From positions 1 through 59,938 of the forward strand of contig PLGI01000116.1 of assembly GCA_003139775.1 (NCBI GenBank): 59,938 bases of DNA. Reading direction: 5' to 3'. Positions 22,043 to 33,105 of the stretch are shown here, piece after piece (within the stretch, counting starts at the first letter, position 1; every line of letters begins with the position of its first letter). The notes below the pieces were generated by a model. The model saw only the letters and a list, made by a program, of their open reading frames with translations. It was not told where the DNA came from and did not search any database. Position numbers and translations under genes: made by a program. Source of the stretch: Syntrophaceae bacterium (lineage in GTDB: Bacteria; Desulfobacterota; Syntrophia; Syntrophales; Smithellaceae).

Positions 22043-22666
22043 ATGGCAGTTGCAGATGTTTTTAATATTGAGAATAAGAAAGTTGCTCAAGTTGATTTGA
22101 ATGATTCTGTATTCGGCGCTGAAGTCAACGAAGCTATCATATACGATGTAGTTAAAATGCAATTGGCGTCGCGCCGTTCCGGTACTGCTTCCACTAAAAC
22201 GAGAAGTGATGTCAGTGGCGGCGGAAAAAAGCCCTGGCGCCAAAAAGGAACAGGCCGGGCCAGAGCGGGAACTACAAGATCACCTATTTGGCGGGGTGGA
22301 GGAATTGTTTTTGGGCCGCATCCTCGAGATTTTTCTTATAGCATACCTAAGAAGGTACGTAAAAGAGCTATAATATGCGCGCTGAGTATGAAATTCAAAG
22401 AAAATAAGATGTTGATTATGAAAGATTTTCCGATGGAAAAGATCAGTACGCGTATATTTAAAGGCGTTTTTGATCTTTTTAACCTGAAAAAGGCGCTTTT
22501 TGTTTTAGATGATGACAATGTGTTTTTGCTAAAGTCGTCGCGAAATATAAAAAATGTAAAGATGATCAGGTCAGAGGGTATTAATGTTTATGATATTCTT
22601 AATCATGAACATTTAATCCTTCTTGAACCCTCTGTAAAGAAGATTGAGGGAGCATTGCTGGCATAA
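22043..22666 (+). CDS. rplD: 50S ribosomal protein L4
   Basis: 207 aa with GGGKKPWRQKGTGRARAGTTRSPIWRGGG. Confidence 0.95.
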   Translation: MAVADVFNIENKKVAQVDLNDSVFGAEVNEAIIYDVVKMQLASRRSGTASTKTRSDVSGGGKKPWRQKGTGRARAGTTRSPIWRGGGIVFGPHPRDFSYSIPKKVRKRAIICALSMKFKENKMLIMKDFPMEKISTRIFKGVFDLFNLKKALFVLDDDNVFLLKSSRNIKNVKMIRSEGINVYDILNHEHLILLEPSVKKIEGALLA

Positions 22667-22953
22667 TGGAAATACATCAAATTGTTAAGAAAATACTGGT
22701 TACAGAAAAAAGCACTGTAGCACGTGATAAATCGAATAAATATTTTTTTGAAGTCAATCGCAATGCAAACAAAGTGGAAATCAGCGAAGCAGTGGAAAAG
22801 CTGTTTAAAGTCAAGGTTGCCGATGTTCGCGTTATGCACGTTTTAGGAAAAAAGAAGAGAACGGGCCGTACTATGGGACAAAAGAGTTCCTGGAAGAAAG
22901 CGATCGTGACTTTAGCTGCCGGCAGCCGTATCGAAATTGCTGAAGGCGTATAA
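22666..22953 (+). CDS. rplW: 50S ribosomal protein L23
   Basis: 95 aa, ...LVTEKS... N-terminus, expected synteny. Confidence 0.92.
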   Translation: MEIHQIVKKILVTEKSTVARDKSNKYFFEVNRNANKVEISEAVEKLFKVKVADVRVMHVLGKKKRTGRTMGQKSSWKKAIVTLAAGSRIEIAEGV

Positions 22954-22976
22954 GAACTGGTTTAAGGATTAGGCTA

Positions 22977-23798
22977 ATGGGAATTATTAAGTATAAACCA
23001 ACATCACCGGGCAGAAGATTTCAGAGCGTTTCTGATTTTGCAGAGATTACTTCTGCTGAACCAGTGAAAAGTCTGTTGAAACCTTTGAAGAGGACAGGTG
23101 GCCGCAATTGTCATGGCAGAATTACAGCCCGGTTTATTGGCGGCGGTCATAAACGCAAATATCGTGTAATAGATTTTTGCCGCAACAAGGCAGATATTCC
23201 CGCCAAGGTTGCCGCAATTGAATATGATCCGAACAGGTCGGCAAGAATTGCGCTGCTCAACTATCGTGACGGCGAAAAAAGATACATTGTCGCTCCGGCG
23301 CAGGTTAATGTCGGAGATGTTTTATTCAGTGGTGATAAGGCGGATATCAAGCCGGGCAACGCTGTTCCTTTAAAATACATACCTTTGGGTTCGTTAATTC
23401 ATAATGTGGAATTGAAGGTTGGCCGCGGTGGACAATTAATCAGATCTGCGGGGGCTTACGGTCAGTTAATGGCAAAAGAAGAAAGTTATGCTCAAGTCCG
23501 GCTCCCGTCAGGTGAAGTGCGCAAAGTATTTATTGAGTGCATGGCGACTATCGGGCAGGTGGGAAACAACGATCACGAAAATATTAGTCTCGGTAAAGCT
23601 GGACGAAAACGGTGGTTAGGGAAAAAGCCGCATAATCGCGGTGTTGTAATGAACCCGGTTGATCATCCGATGGGTGGTGGTGAAGGCAAGTCATCAGGTG
23701 GAAGACATCCCTGTACTCCATGGGGTATACCGACAAAGGGTCACAAAACACGGAAAAATAAGAGTACGGATAAATATATTGTTAAGAGAAGGGGTTAA
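22977..23798 (+). CDS. rplB: 50S ribosomal protein L2
   Basis: 273 aa with GGGHKRKYR and [14 protein letters not shown]. Confidence 0.96.
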   Translation: MGIIKYKPTSPGRRFQSVSDFAEITSAEPVKSLLKPLKRTGGRNCHGRITARFIGGGHKRKYRVIDFCRNKADIPAKVAAIEYDPNRSARIALLNYRDGEKRYIVAPAQVNVGDVLFSGDKADIKPGNAVPLKYIPLGSLIHNVELKVGRGGQLIRSAGAYGQLMAKEESYAQVRLPSGEVRKVFIECMATIGQVGNNDHENISLGKAGRKRWLGKKPHNRGVVMNPVDHPMGGGEGKSSGGRHPCTPWGIPTKGHKTRKNKSTDKYIVKRRG

Positions 23799-23801
23799 AG
23801 C

Positions 23802-24083
23802 GTGGCACGTTCGATCAAAAAAGGTCCATATATTGAAGAAAGGTTGCTTGCCAGGGTCAGAAAAATGGAAACCGAGAGTAGCAAGAATGTTATCAAGACT
23901 TGGTCGCGGCGTTCAACCATAACACCGGAACTAATTGGTTACACATTTGCCGTACATAATGGAAAAAAATTTATTCCGGTTTATGTGACAGAGAATATGG
24001 TAGGGCATAAACTCGGCGAGTTTGCGCCGACGAGGATTTTTTATTCGCATTCAGGTGATCGGAAGACGAAAGTCCGCGCTTAA
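23802..24083 (+). CDS. rpsS: 30S ribosomal protein S19
   Basis: 93 aa, GTG start, [10 protein letters not shown]...[11 protein letters not shown]. Confidence 0.95.
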   Translation: MARSIKKGPYIEERLLARVRKMETESSKNVIKTWSRRSTITPELIGYTFAVHNGKKFIPVYVTENMVGHKLGEFAPTRIFYSHSGDRKTKVRA

Positions 24084-24115
24084 AAACATGGCGGATACGT
24101 TTGGGGTTGATAAAC

Positions 24116-24448
24116 ATGGAAGCAAAAGCAGTTGCAAAATATATAAGAATGTCACCGCAGAAAGTCAGGCTGGTGGTTGATTTAGTAAGGGGGAAAAAGG
24201 TGCAGGAAGCACGCAATATACTTCTTTACACCAGAAAATATGCGGCAGGTATTGTTGCCAGTGTCCTAAAATCCGCTGTTGCCAATGCTGCCCAGAATCC
24301 TAACATTGACGAAAAAATTCTTTACGTTAAAGAAATCTTCGTGGATCAGGGACCTACATTAAAACGTTGGCGGGCAAGAGCTCAAGGAAGAGCAGCGGGA
24401 ATTAAAAAGAAAAGTTCACATATTACAATTGTTTTGGAAGAAATGTAA
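24116..24448 (+). CDS. rplV: 50S ribosomal protein L22
   Basis: MEAKAVAKYIRMSPQKVRLVVDLVRG. I prefer the ATG at 24116 to the track's TTG at 24101. Confidence 0.93.
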   Translation: MEAKAVAKYIRMSPQKVRLVVDLVRGKKVQEARNILLYTRKYAAGIVASVLKSAVANAAQNPNIDEKILYVKEIFVDQGPTLKRWRARAQGRAAGIKKKSSHITIVLEEM

Positions 24449-24460
24449 GGAGGTACGATA

Positions 24461-25105
24461 TTGGGTCAGAAGGTTAACCCGGTAGGATTACGATTAGGCT
24501 ACATTAAAAAGTGGCAATCAGTATGGTTCGCCGATAAAAAATATAGTGAGTTGTTGCATGAGGATTTGCAGATCAGGAAGTACCTCAAGAAAAAGCTGTA
24601 TCATGCAGGAATTTCCAAGATTGAGATTGAACGGGCGGCTAATAAAGCCAAGGTAAATATTTACTCGGCCAGGCCTGGTGTAATTATCGGAAAAAAAGGC
24701 TCCGAGATCGAAAAGCTGAAATCGGAAATAGAAAAGTTTTCGCAAGCGGAAATTATCATCAATATTTTAGAAGTTCGTAAACCGGAAGTCGATGCCCAGC
24801 TTGTGGCGGAAAATGTTGCCATGCAATTGGAACGAAGAGTTGCTTTCCGTCGTGCGATGAAAAAATGTGTTGGTTATGCTTTAAAATTTGGCGCTAAAGG
24901 AATTAAAATAGCCTGTTCCGGTAGATTAGGCGGTGCGGAAATGTCGCGGTCGGAATGGTATCGGGAAGGTCGGGTGCCACTGCATACTTTGCGTGCGGAT
25001 ATTGATTATGGATTTATCGAAGCACACACCGCTTACGGATTGATAGGTGTTAAGGTTTTTATTTTCCATGGAGAAGTTTTACCAACGAAGAATGAAAAAA
25101 AATAA
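24461..25105 (+). CDS. rpsC: 30S ribosomal protein S3
   Basis: 214 aa, TTG start, [12 protein letters not shown] plus a KH domain. Confidence 0.95.
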   Translation: MGQKVNPVGLRLGYIKKWQSVWFADKKYSELLHEDLQIRKYLKKKLYHAGISKIEIERAANKAKVNIYSARPGVIIGKKGSEIEKLKSEIEKFSQAEIIINILEVRKPEVDAQLVAENVAMQLERRVAFRRAMKKCVGYALKFGAKGIKIACSGRLGGAEMSRSEWYREGRVPLHTLRADIDYGFIEAHTAYGLIGVKVFIFHGEVLPTKNEKK

Positions 25106-25187
25106 TGTTCTTCTCGCCTGCCGGTTTATTTGTCTGATTATACCGAGTAAGGAATTATGTAGTTGGGAACAACGGGAGTTTTAGCTT

Positions 25188-25610
25188 ATGTTAATGCCAA
25201 AAAGGGTAAAATACAGAAAGTTGCAAAAAGGCCGAATGGGAGGCAAAGCAACAAGAGGAAGTTCGATTGCTTTTGGTGAATATGGATTGCAGGCGGCGGA
25301 ATGCGGCTGGATCACTGCTAGACAAATCGAAGCCGCGCGTATCGCGATGACCCGTCATGTCAAACGTGGTGGTAAGATTTGGATAAGAGTATTTCCTCAT
25401 AAATCCGTGACTAGTAAGCCTGCCGAAACCCGCATGGGTAAAGGAAAGGGTGCTCCCGAAGGATGGGTAGCCGTGGTTAAACCCGGTTCAGTTCTTTACG
25501 AAATGGAAGGTGTAACCAGAGAAGTTGCCAAAGAAGCGTTTCGCTTGGCAGCGCACAAATTATCTATTGCCACTAAGTTTTTATCAAGGGAGATATCTGA
25601 TGAAAATTAA
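25188..25610 (+). CDS. rplP: 50S ribosomal protein L16
   Basis: [17 protein letters not shown]..., 140 aa. Confidence 0.95.
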   Translation: MLMPKRVKYRKLQKGRMGGKATRGSSIAFGEYGLQAAECGWITARQIEAARIAMTRHVKRGGKIWIRVFPHKSVTSKPAETRMGKGKGAPEGWVAVVKPGSVLYEMEGVTREVAKEAFRLAAHKLSIATKFLSREISDEN

Positions 25611-25794
25611 AGAAATCAGAGTTCTCGGTATCAACGAACTCAAACAAAAGAGTGGTGAATTAATGGAAGAACTTTTCCGGTTGAAGATTAGACATGCATC
25701 CGGACAGTTGGAATCAACAGTGATGTTGGGACGCTTCCGCAAGGATATCGCCCGTGTAAACACGGTGCTGAAGGAAAAGGAGGCTGCAAGTTAA
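25600..25794 (+). CDS. rpmC: 50S ribosomal protein L29
   Basis: [37 protein letters not shown] (64 aa). AAGGGAG lies upstream. The gene overlaps the rplP end by 11 nt. The track ORF start at 25525 is an over-extension. Confidence 0.92.
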   Translation: MKIKEIRVLGINELKQKSGELMEELFRLKIRHASGQLESTVMLGRFRKDIARVNTVLKEKEAAS

Positions 25795-25795
25795 C

Positions 25796-26053
25796 ATGGC
25801 TGAGAAGGGGAATAAACGCACTATTAAGGGCGTAGTGATAAGTGGTAAAATGGATAAAACAATCGTGGTTAAAACCGAACGTTTAGTAAAACATCCTATT
25901 TTTCATAAGTATGTGCGCAAACACGTTAAATACAAGGCCCATGATGAGCAAAATCAGTGCAAGTTGGGAGATACCGTTCTGATTATTGAGGCGCGACCGT
26001 TGAGTAAAGAAAAACGCTGGCGGATGCTGGAAATTCTGGAGAAAGCAAAATAG
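25796..26053 (+). CDS. rpsQ: 30S ribosomal protein S17
   Basis: 85 aa, ...[14 protein letters not shown]...HDE...GD.V.I.E.RPLSK. Confidence 0.94.
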   Translation: MAEKGNKRTIKGVVISGKMDKTIVVKTERLVKHPIFHKYVRKHVKYKAHDEQNQCKLGDTVLIIEARPLSKEKRWRMLEILEKAK

Positions 26054-26094
26054 ACAGACTTGCATTCAGGCAAGCAGTTTGATGGGGTTTTTTT

Positions 26095-26463
26095 ATGATT
26101 CAGATGCAGACCATACTAAATGTTGCAGATAATTCTGGCGCCAAGAAGGTTGCTTGCATTAAGGTGCTTGGTGGATCGAAGCGGCGTTATGCAAGTTTGG
26201 GTGATGTTATTGTGGTTTCGGTAAAAGAAGCAATTCCGAATTCCAAGGTAAAAAAAGGCGATGTGATGAAAGCAGTTATCGTCCGAACAGTTAAAGAAGT
26301 AAAAAGGCCGGACGGTTCTTATCTGAAGTTTGATGACAACTCGGCGGTTTTAATTTCCAATCAGTTGGAACCAGTCGGGACAAGAATTTTTGGACCGGTT
26401 GCTCGTGAATTGAGAGCAAAACAGTTCATGAAGATTATATCTCTAGCTCCAGAAGTTTTGTAA
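26095..26463 (+). CDS. rplN: 50S ribosomal protein L14
   Basis: [27 protein letters not shown], 122 aa. Confidence 0.96.
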   Translation: MIQMQTILNVADNSGAKKVACIKVLGGSKRRYASLGDVIVVSVKEAIPNSKVKKGDVMKAVIVRTVKEVKRPDGSYLKFDDNSAVLISNQLEPVGTRIFGPVARELRAKQFMKIISLAPEVL

Positions 26464-26485
26464 AAATGTTTTGCAGAGGAAGAAA

Positions 26486-26809
26486 ATGAGTTTAAGTAAA
26501 TTGAAAAAAGGCGATATGGTTAAAATTCTTGCTGGTAAAGATAAAGGAAAAACCGGTAAAGTATTGACGATTATTCCCGAGAAATACAGAATAGTAATAG
26601 AGAAAGTTAATTTGATTAAGAAACATAAAAGGCCTGATCAGAAAACTAAGGGCGGCATCGTAGAAAAAGAAGGATCTATTCATATATCTAAAGTTGGATT
26701 ATTGTGTAATAAATGCAATACAGCTGTGAGGATAAAAAGCAAGGTCCTTGAAGATGGGAAAAAGGTACGTCTCTGTAGCAAATGCAATGACGTAATCAAT
26801 GTGGGTTAG
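26486..26809 (+). CDS. rplX: 50S ribosomal protein L24 (with C-terminal CxxC...CxxC)
   Basis: KOW motif [21 protein letters not shown] prefer the ATG at 26486, preceded by GAGGAAG. The C-terminus is [28 protein letters not shown]. Confidence 0.92.
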   Translation: MSLSKLKKGDMVKILAGKDKGKTGKVLTIIPEKYRIVIEKVNLIKKHKRPDQKTKGGIVEKEGSIHISKVGLLCNKCNTAVRIKSKVLEDGKKVRLCSKCNDVINVG

Positions 26810-26816
26810 AGGAAAA

Positions 26817-27356
26817 ATGGCAAGATTAAAGGATTATTATTCAAAAACAGTAGTTCCTGCTCTGATTAAGGAGTTTAATTACAAAAATCCGATGCAAGTG
26901 CCCAAGATGGAAAAGATTGTCATCAACATGGGTCTTGGCGAAGCCATTCAAAATGTAAAAATTATTGATGGCGCCGTGCAGGAGTTGGCTGCGATTACCG
27001 GACAGAAACCGATAATAAACAAGGCAAAGAAATCCATAGCGACGTTTAAGTTAAGGCAGGGTATGCCTATTGGTTGTTCAGTTACCTTACGAAAAAACAA
27101 TATGTATGAGTTTTTTGATCGCTTGGTCAATGCCGCTTTACCTAAGGTAAGAGATTTCCGCGGTATATCGCCCAATGCATTTGACGGCAGGGGAAATTTT
27201 TCCATTGGTTTGCAGGAACAAATTATTTTTCCTGAAATTGAATACGATAAAGTGGAAAAAGTCAAGGGAATGAACATCACTATCGTGACTACGGCGAAAA
27301 CTGATGCCGAAGCTAGGCTTTTACTAAAGCTGATGGGTGTACCTTTTAAGCATTAA
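26817..27356 (+). CDS. rplE: 50S ribosomal protein L5
   Basis: [31 protein letters not shown] prefer the ATG at 26817. Confidence 0.95.
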   Translation: MARLKDYYSKTVVPALIKEFNYKNPMQVPKMEKIVINMGLGEAIQNVKIIDGAVQELAAITGQKPIINKAKKSIATFKLRQGMPIGCSVTLRKNNMYEFFDRLVNAALPKVRDFRGISPNAFDGRGNFSIGLQEQIIFPEIEYDKVEKVKGMNITIVTTAKTDAEARLLLKLMGVPFKH

Positions 27357-27382
27357 ATAAGGAAGTTCCGGAGGAATTTGGC

Positions 27383-27568
27383 GTGGCAAAGAAGTCATTA
27401 ATCGCAAAAGCGAAAAGAAAGATGAAGTTTTCGGTCAGAGAATATAATCGCTGCCCGCTTTGTGGACGGCCGCGGGCATATTATAGGAAATTTGATATGT
27501 GCAGGATTTGTTTACGAAAACTTTCCTTACAGGGAGAACTTCCCGGGGTAATAAAATCGAGTTGGTAA
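27383..27568 (+). CDS. rpsN: 30S ribosomal protein S14 type Z (zinc-binding)
   Basis: 61 aa, GTG start, [22 protein letters not shown]. Confidence 0.94.
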   Translation: MAKKSLIAKAKRKMKFSVREYNRCPLCGRPRAYYRKFDMCRICLRKLSLQGELPGVIKSSW

Positions 27569-27591
27569 CTTTAGTTTAAGGAGAAAAATGC

Positions 27592-27993
27592 ATGGGAATG
27601 ACGGATCCTATTGCCGATATGTTGACTAGAATCAGGAATGCGAATAAGGCTCGTTTCAAAACGGTTATTATTCATATGTCACAGATGAACATTAATATTG
27701 CCAAAGTATTGAAGAAGGCGGGATACATCAATACTTACAATAAGATAAAAAATGAAAAGGGGCAGCAGATGTTAGAAATAATTCTTAAATATCCTGATGC
27801 CAAGCGTACTATGATTACAAATATTAAAAGAGTTAGTAAGCCGGGGCGCAGGGTTTATGTTGCTTCTGATAGCATCCCTAAAGTTTTAAATGGTTTTGGA
27901 ATTTCTATTCTCTCGACTTCAAGCGGTGTTATTACTGATGCGGAAGCCAGAGAATTGAATGTTGGTGGTGAAGTTCTTTGTAACATTTGGTAA
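27592..27993 (+). CDS. rpsH: 30S ribosomal protein S8
   Basis: MGMTDPIADMLTRIRNA, 133 aa, with AAGGAG 8 nt upstream. Confidence 0.95.
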   Translation: MGMTDPIADMLTRIRNANKARFKTVIIHMSQMNINIAKVLKKAGYINTYNKIKNEKGQQMLEIILKYPDAKRTMITNIKRVSKPGRRVYVASDSIPKVLNGFGISILSTSSGVITDAEARELNVGGEVLCNIW

Positions 27994-28028
27994 TTTGAAT
28001 AAATGATATTAAGCAGGAGCGCTTGTTC

Positions 28029-28571
28029 ATGTCGAGAATAGGTAAAAAACCGATAGTTTTTCCCAAAAATATTAAAATCAGCCAAAGTGCCGATATCGTT
28101 AAAGTGCAAGGTCCCAAAGGGATTCTTTCTTCTAAATTGCCGGAAGGTATTACTCTGACAATAGGTGACGGTAGTATGGTGGTTGAAAGAAAATCAGAAG
28201 AAATACTCGCGCGATCTTATCATGGTTTAGCTAGAACATTAATAGCAAACATGGTGAATGGCGTCAGCGCTGGTTTTGAAAAAAAATTGGAGATATCCGG
28301 AGTCGGTTATCGTGCCGAACTTAGTGAAAACAGCTTAAAGTTTATTTTAGGTTTTTCCAGCCCGGTGCAATACGATATTCCCAAGGGAATAGACATTAAG
28401 GTGGACAAACAAGTTAATATAATTGTCTCTGGGATTGATAAACAATTAGTTGGCCGGGTTGCGGCGGAAATTAGATCGTTGAAAAAGCCGGAGCCTTACA
28501 AGGGCAAGGGTATTAAGTATGCTAACGAGTATATTAAACGTAAAGCTGGAAAATCGGCTGAGCGCGCTTAA
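28029..28571 (+). CDS. rplF: 50S ribosomal protein L6
   Basis: MSRIGKKPIVFPKNIKI... I prefer the ATG at 28029 to the TTG at 28023. Confidence 0.94.
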   Translation: MSRIGKKPIVFPKNIKISQSADIVKVQGPKGILSSKLPEGITLTIGDGSMVVERKSEEILARSYHGLARTLIANMVNGVSAGFEKKLEISGVGYRAELSENSLKFILGFSSPVQYDIPKGIDIKVDKQVNIIVSGIDKQLVGRVAAEIRSLKKPEPYKGKGIKYANEYIKRKAGKSAERA

Positions 28572-28614
28572 TTAAGTAAATAAAAAAATTATATTGCCAT
28601 AAAGAGGTGGAACA

Positions 28615-28980
28615 TTGGCTTCCAAAAAGACATTAAAGATCAGGGAAAAGAGAGCAAAAAGAATAAGGGGCAAAATTACCGGAACACAAGAAAAGCCTCG
28701 TCTTTCCGTATTTCGGAGTGATAAGCATATTTATGTTCAAGCCATCAATGACACACAGGCGAGTACCTTGGCAACGGCATCTACTTTGTGCAAAGAGTTA
28801 GCCTCAAAGATCAAAGGCAAGAAAAAAGTAGATATAGCAAAGGAAGTGGGCAAGTTAATTGCAATACGCTTACAATCTCTGGGTGTGGATAAAGTCATTT
28901 TTGATAGAGGAAGTTTCCTCTATCATGGTCGTGTAAAGGCATTAGCAGACGCTGCACGGGAAAATGGTCTTAAATTTTAA
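28615..28980 (+). CDS. rplR: 50S ribosomal protein L18
   Basis: 121 aa, TTG start after AGGTGG, ...[17 protein letters not shown]...[14 protein letters not shown]. Confidence 0.94.
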   Translation: MASKKTLKIREKRAKRIRGKITGTQEKPRLSVFRSDKHIYVQAINDTQASTLATASTLCKELASKIKGKKKVDIAKEVGKLIAIRLQSLGVDKVIFDRGSFLYHGRVKALADAARENGLKF

Positions 28981-29017
28981 TTGTTGTACATAATACTCGA
29001 TAATAAAGGAAGAATCG

Positions 29018-29509
29018 TTGGATAAGAGATCGGATAAGAGAGAGATGAAAGATGCGGAGTTCCTTGACCGAGTTGTTGCCATTAACAGAACGGCAAAAGT
29101 AGTCAAGGGTGGCAGACGGTTCCGTTTTAGTGCTATTGTGGTTGTCGGTGATGGCAAGGGAATGATCGGTACGGGACTGGGGAAGGCTCATGAAGTGCCG
29201 GAAGCTATTCGTAAGGGGATGGATATGGCCAAAAAAAATATGGTGAAAGTTGCCGTTTTAGCAAAGACGATTCCTTACGAAGTCATCGGCCGCTCCGGCG
29301 CAGGAAAAGTTCTATTAAAACCCGCATCCGAAGGAACTGGGTTGATTGCTGGAGGCGCTGTAAGAGCAGTACTGGAAGTTGCCGGTGTCCATAATATTTT
29401 GACGAAGTGTCTTGGATCTCATAATCCACATAATTTGGTAAAAGCAACTCTTGATGGCCTTTGTCAGTTAAGAGATCCAGCGGAAATTGCCGCGCAAAGA
29501 GGTAAGTAG
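29018..29509 (+). CDS. rpsE: 30S ribosomal protein S5
   Basis: 163 aa, TTG start, [28 protein letters not shown]. Confidence 0.94.
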   Translation: MDKRSDKREMKDAEFLDRVVAINRTAKVVKGGRRFRFSAIVVVGDGKGMIGTGLGKAHEVPEAIRKGMDMAKKNMVKVAVLAKTIPYEVIGRSGAGKVLLKPASEGTGLIAGGAVRAVLEVAGVHNILTKCLGSHNPHNLVKATLDGLCQLRDPAEIAAQRGK

Positions 29510-29540
29510 TCTTATCACTGATTCGATGAGGTAGTTTAAA

Positions 29541-29729
29541 GTGGGTAAAATATTAAAAATTAAAAAAGTTAAAAGTGAGATCGGCCGTCCGGAGGCGCAA
29601 AGAAAAATTTTAAGAGGAATGGGACTGACCAAATTAAATAAAACAGTAACTTTAGTTGACACTCCGCAGACCCGCGGTATGATAAATAAAGTTAACCATT
29701 TAGTTTCTGTGGAAGAGTCAAAGGAGTAG
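29541..29729 (+). CDS. rpmD: 50S ribosomal protein L30
   Basis: 62 aa, GTG start, ...KVKSEIGRPEAQRKILRGMGL. Confidence 0.92.
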   Translation: MGKILKIKKVKSEIGRPEAQRKILRGMGLTKLNKTVTLVDTPQTRGMINKVNHLVSVEESKE

Positions 29730-29732
29730 GTT

Positions 29733-30179
29733 ATGGATTTGAGTTCGCTTAAGGCTCCGACCGGTGCGACTAAAAAGAGAAAACGGGTTGGTCGTGGTGA
29801 TGCTTCCGGTCAGGGCGGAACATCCGGCAGAGGCGATAAGGGACAAAAAGCCCGTTCCGGCGGAAAAGTACGAGCTGGGTTTGAAGGTGGGCAAATGCCT
29901 ATGGCCCGGAGATTGCCGAAGCGGGGTTTCCGTAATCCTTTCCGCGATAAATATATTGCTGTAAATCTTACCGATTTATGCAGAAAATTCACCAAGGGTG
30001 CGATTATAGATGAAGCCGCTCTTTTTGATAGTGGCATTATAAAGAAAAAAGGCAGTGATATTAAGATTCTGGCTAAGGGTGAAATTGATTTTCCCGTCAC
30101 TGTAAAAATAGTCAGAATTAGTCAAGCCGCAAAAGACAAAATTACCGCCGCCGGCGGTTCAATAGAAGAGGTAATATAA
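29733..30179 (+). CDS. rplO: 50S ribosomal protein L15
   Basis: 148 aa with a Gly/Arg-rich N-terminus, RVGRGDASGQGGTSGRGDKGQKARSG. Confidence 0.94.
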   Translation: MDLSSLKAPTGATKKRKRVGRGDASGQGGTSGRGDKGQKARSGGKVRAGFEGGQMPMARRLPKRGFRNPFRDKYIAVNLTDLCRKFTKGAIIDEAALFDSGIIKKKGSDIKILAKGEIDFPVTVKIVRISQAAKDKITAAGGSIEEVI

Positions 30180-30180
30180 T

Positions 30181-31488
30181 TTGTTAGAAGGGCTGGGCAG
30201 CGTATCCAAAATTCCAGAATTGCAAAGAAGAATATTATTTACTATCCTTCTTTTAGCTGTTTATCGGGTTGGTGTATATATCCCAACTCCGGGAATTGAT
30301 AATGTAGCGTTATTGGCTTATTTTGAGCAGGCAAAAGGTTCCTTGTTTGGCCTGATGGACATGTTTGCCGGCGGTGCTTTTAGTCATTTTTCCATTTTTG
30401 CCTTGGGCATTATGCCCTATATTAGTGCTTCAATTATTCTGCAGTTATTAACTATTGCCGTCCCTCATTTGGAAAGACTTTCTAAAGAAGGCGAAACTGG
30501 ACGGCGCAAAATTACGCAATACACCCGATACGGAACAGTTCTTTTAAGTATGATTCAGGGTTTTGGTATTGCTTACGGTTTGCAACAAATGGCCGGTCCC
30601 TCAGGTTCCCCCATTGTTTTGCAGTCGGGCTGGTCATTTATAATGCTAACAGTTATCACCTTGACCTCCGGTACGGCCTTTATTATGTGGCTTGGTGAAA
30701 CGATTACGGAAAAAGGAGTCGGCAACGGTATATCGCTGATAATTTTTGCCGGTATTGTTTGCCGCATGCCGGCAGCAATTGGCAATACATACAGACTGGC
30801 TATTGCCGGTGAACTGGGTGTTTTGATTATTTTGTTGATTACCGCACTAATGATATTAGTAGTAGGCGCCATTGTTTTTGTGGAAGCTGGTCAACGCCGA
30901 ATTCCGGTGCAATATGCTAAAAGAATAGTGGGTCGTAAAATGTTTGGTGGACAGACCACACATTTACCTCTTAAGGTAAATACATCTGGAGTCATTCCTC
31001 CGATTTTTGCTTCTTCGGTGATAATGTTTCCGGCAACCATTGCTACTTTCGCGCATGAAGGTTGGATAAAAAATATTGCCGGATATTTGGTTCCGGGCAA
31101 GATTGGTTACGAAGTTCTTTATGTAGCTTTTATCTTTTTCTTTTGTTTTTTTTATACGGCAGTTACCTTTAAGCCGGATGATGTTGCCGAAAATATGAAA
31201 AAATTTGGCGGTTATGTTCCTGGAATAAGGCCCGGGAAAAAAACTGCTGAATATATTGAAAACGTATTGGAAAAACTAACTTTTAGCGGAGCTATTTACG
31301 TTTCCCTAGTTTGCGTACTGCCCAGCGTTTTAATTTCTCAATTAAATGTTCCTTTTTATTTTGGTGGCACAGCGCTGCTGATTGTTGTCGGTGTAGCTAT
31401 GGATACGGCGAGTCAAATTGAATCGCATTTACTTACAAGGCAATACGAAGGGTTTATGAAGAAAGGGCATATTGCCCGCAGGAGATAA
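30181..31488 (+). CDS. secY: Preprotein translocase subunit SecY
   Basis: 435 aa polytopic membrane protein with a TTG start. It has ...IFALGIMPYISASII... and the expected synteny. Confidence 0.95.
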   Translation: MLEGLGSVSKIPELQRRILFTILLLAVYRVGVYIPTPGIDNVALLAYFEQAKGSLFGLMDMFAGGAFSHFSIFALGIMPYISASIILQLLTIAVPHLERLSKEGETGRRKITQYTRYGTVLLSMIQGFGIAYGLQQMAGPSGSPIVLQSGWSFIMLTVITLTSGTAFIMWLGETITEKGVGNGISLIIFAGIVCRMPAAIGNTYRLAIAGELGVLIILLITALMILVVGAIVFVEAGQRRIPVQYAKRIVGRKMFGGQTTHLPLKVNTSGVIPPIFASSVIMFPATIATFAHEGWIKNIAGYLVPGKIGYEVLYVAFIFFFCFFYTAVTFKPDDVAENMKKFGGYVPGIRPGKKTAEYIENVLEKLTFSGAIYVSLVCVLPSVLISQLNVPFYFGGTALLIVVGVAMDTASQIESHLLTRQYEGFMKKGHIARRR

Positions 31489-31509
31489 CGGAAGATTGGT
31501 TAGTGGATA

Positions 31510-32259
31510 ATGGTAATTTTGAAGCTTCCGGATGAAATTGAAAAAGCGAGAGCAAGTAATCGTATAGTTGCATATGTTTTAAGCAAGCTCAGGGAAAAAG
31601 TAAAACCCGGTGTAAGAACAAAAGATCTGGATAAACTTGCCGAGGAAATTGCGGAAAAAAGGGGAGCAAAACCGGCATTTAAAGGTTACCATGGTTATCC
31701 TTATTCTCTTTGCGTTTCAATAAATGAAGTTGTAGTGCACGGGATGCCTTCAGATAGGGTGTTGATCGAAGGCGATATTGTAGGGCTTGATTTTGGTGTT
31801 TATTATCAGGGCTTTTTCGGCGATGCAACCGTAACATTGCCGGTAGGAAAGGTGACCCAAAAAGCTTCACGACTTATGCAGGTTACCGAGAAGAGTTTAT
31901 ACGCGGGCATAGCTCAAGCCAAAGATGGTAACAGGTTGGGAGACATATCCGCCGCTGTGCAGGATATGGTGGAAGATGCCGGTTACTCAGTAGTGAGAGA
32001 TTTTGTTGGCCATGGAATAGGTAAAAATCTGCATGAAGACCCGCAGATTCCCAATTTCGGGAAAAAAGGACGCGGGATTGAACTGAAAAGTGGGATGATT
32101 TTGGCCATTGAGCCGATGGTCAATGAAGGAAAATATAAAGTACAAGTATTGCCGGACGGTTGGACGGTGATTACAAAAGATGGAAGCTTATCGGCTCATT
32201 TTGAGCACTCGGTTGCAATTACTGATAACGGGCCAGACATTTTAAGTAAATTGAATTAA
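31510..32259 (+). CDS. map: Type I methionine aminopeptidase
   Basis: 249 aa with metal ligands in context (DIVGLDFG, GHGIG, LAIEPM, EHSV). It follows secY directly, with no adk between them. Confidence 0.93.
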   Translation: MVILKLPDEIEKARASNRIVAYVLSKLREKVKPGVRTKDLDKLAEEIAEKRGAKPAFKGYHGYPYSLCVSINEVVVHGMPSDRVLIEGDIVGLDFGVYYQGFFGDATVTLPVGKVTQKASRLMQVTEKSLYAGIAQAKDGNRLGDISAAVQDMVEDAGYSVVRDFVGHGIGKNLHEDPQIPNFGKKGRGIELKSGMILAIEPMVNEGKYKVQVLPDGWTVITKDGSLSAHFEHSVAITDNGPDILSKLN

Positions 32260-32317
32260 ATTTGTTCTTAATTGAAACTGGTTGTAATTTTTTAAACGGG
32301 AATATAGATAATAAAGT

Positions 32318-32536
32318 ATGGCCAAAGAGGAAGCAATCGAAGTTGAAGGTCGGGTTCTTGAACCGCTACCCAATGCCATGTTCAGGGTAGAGCTTGAAAA
32401 TGGGCATAAAGTTTTAGCTCATATTTCCGGTAAAATGCGCATGCATTTCATCAAAATACTTCCAGGGGATAAAGTAACGGTAGAACTTTCGCCTTATGAT
32501 TTAACCCGGGGCCGAATTACTTATAGGACGAAGTAA
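32318..32536 (+). CDS. infA: Translation initiation factor IF-1
   Basis: 72 aa, [40 protein letters not shown]. Confidence 0.96.
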   Translation: MAKEEAIEVEGRVLEPLPNAMFRVELENGHKVLAHISGKMRMHFIKILPGDKVTVELSPYDLTRGRITYRTK

Positions 32537-32571
32537 AAATATTTTTTTACTGAGAATAAGGAGCTGAAATC

Positions 32572-32685
32572 GTGAAAGTAAGGTCGTCTGTGAAAAAAAT
32601 ATGCGAGAAGTGTAAGATTGTCAAACGCAAAGGTGTTTTGCGGGTAATTTGTGAAAATCCCAAGCATAAACAACGTCAGGGCTAG
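32572..32685 (+). CDS. rpmJ: 50S ribosomal protein L36
   Basis: Below the track cutoff, so translated by hand from GTG: [37 protein letters not shown] (37 aa). GGAG lies upstream. Confidence 0.92.
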   Translation: MKVRSSVKKICEKCKIVKRKGVLRVICENPKHKQRQG

Positions 32686-32709
32686 TTTTTAATATTCAGG
32701 AGGTTATAG

Positions 32710-33084
32710 GTGGCACGAATTTCAGGTGTTGATTTACCGAAAAATAAAAGAATGGAAGTTGCTTTGACGTATATTTATGGCATTGGCCAGACAAAGGCAA
32801 AGCAAATCCTGAAAAATGCGAGCGTCAGTCCGGATACAAGAACAGATGAACTAGCCGACTCGGAAATATCAGCAATTAGAAATATAATTGATAAAGATCA
32901 CAGGGTTGAAGGCGACCTGCGCAGGGATGTTTCCATGTCTATTAAACGTTTGATGGATATTGGCGCTTATCGTGGGTTGCGGCATCGTAAGGGACTACCT
33001 GTTAGGGGACAGAGAACTCATACAAATGGCCGTACAAGAAAAGGTCCGCGGCGGGCTATTGCAGGCAAGAAAAAAGCAATTTAA
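32710..33084 (+). CDS. rpsM: 30S ribosomal protein S13
   Basis: 124 aa, GTG start, [25 protein letters not shown]. Confidence 0.95.
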   Translation: MARISGVDLPKNKRMEVALTYIYGIGQTKAKQILKNASVSPDTRTDELADSEISAIRNIIDKDHRVEGDLRRDVSMSIKRLMDIGAYRGLRHRKGLPVRGQRTHTNGRTRKGPRRAIAGKKKAI

Positions 33085-33105
33085 TTATTCTGAGCTGGAG
33101 GCAAA

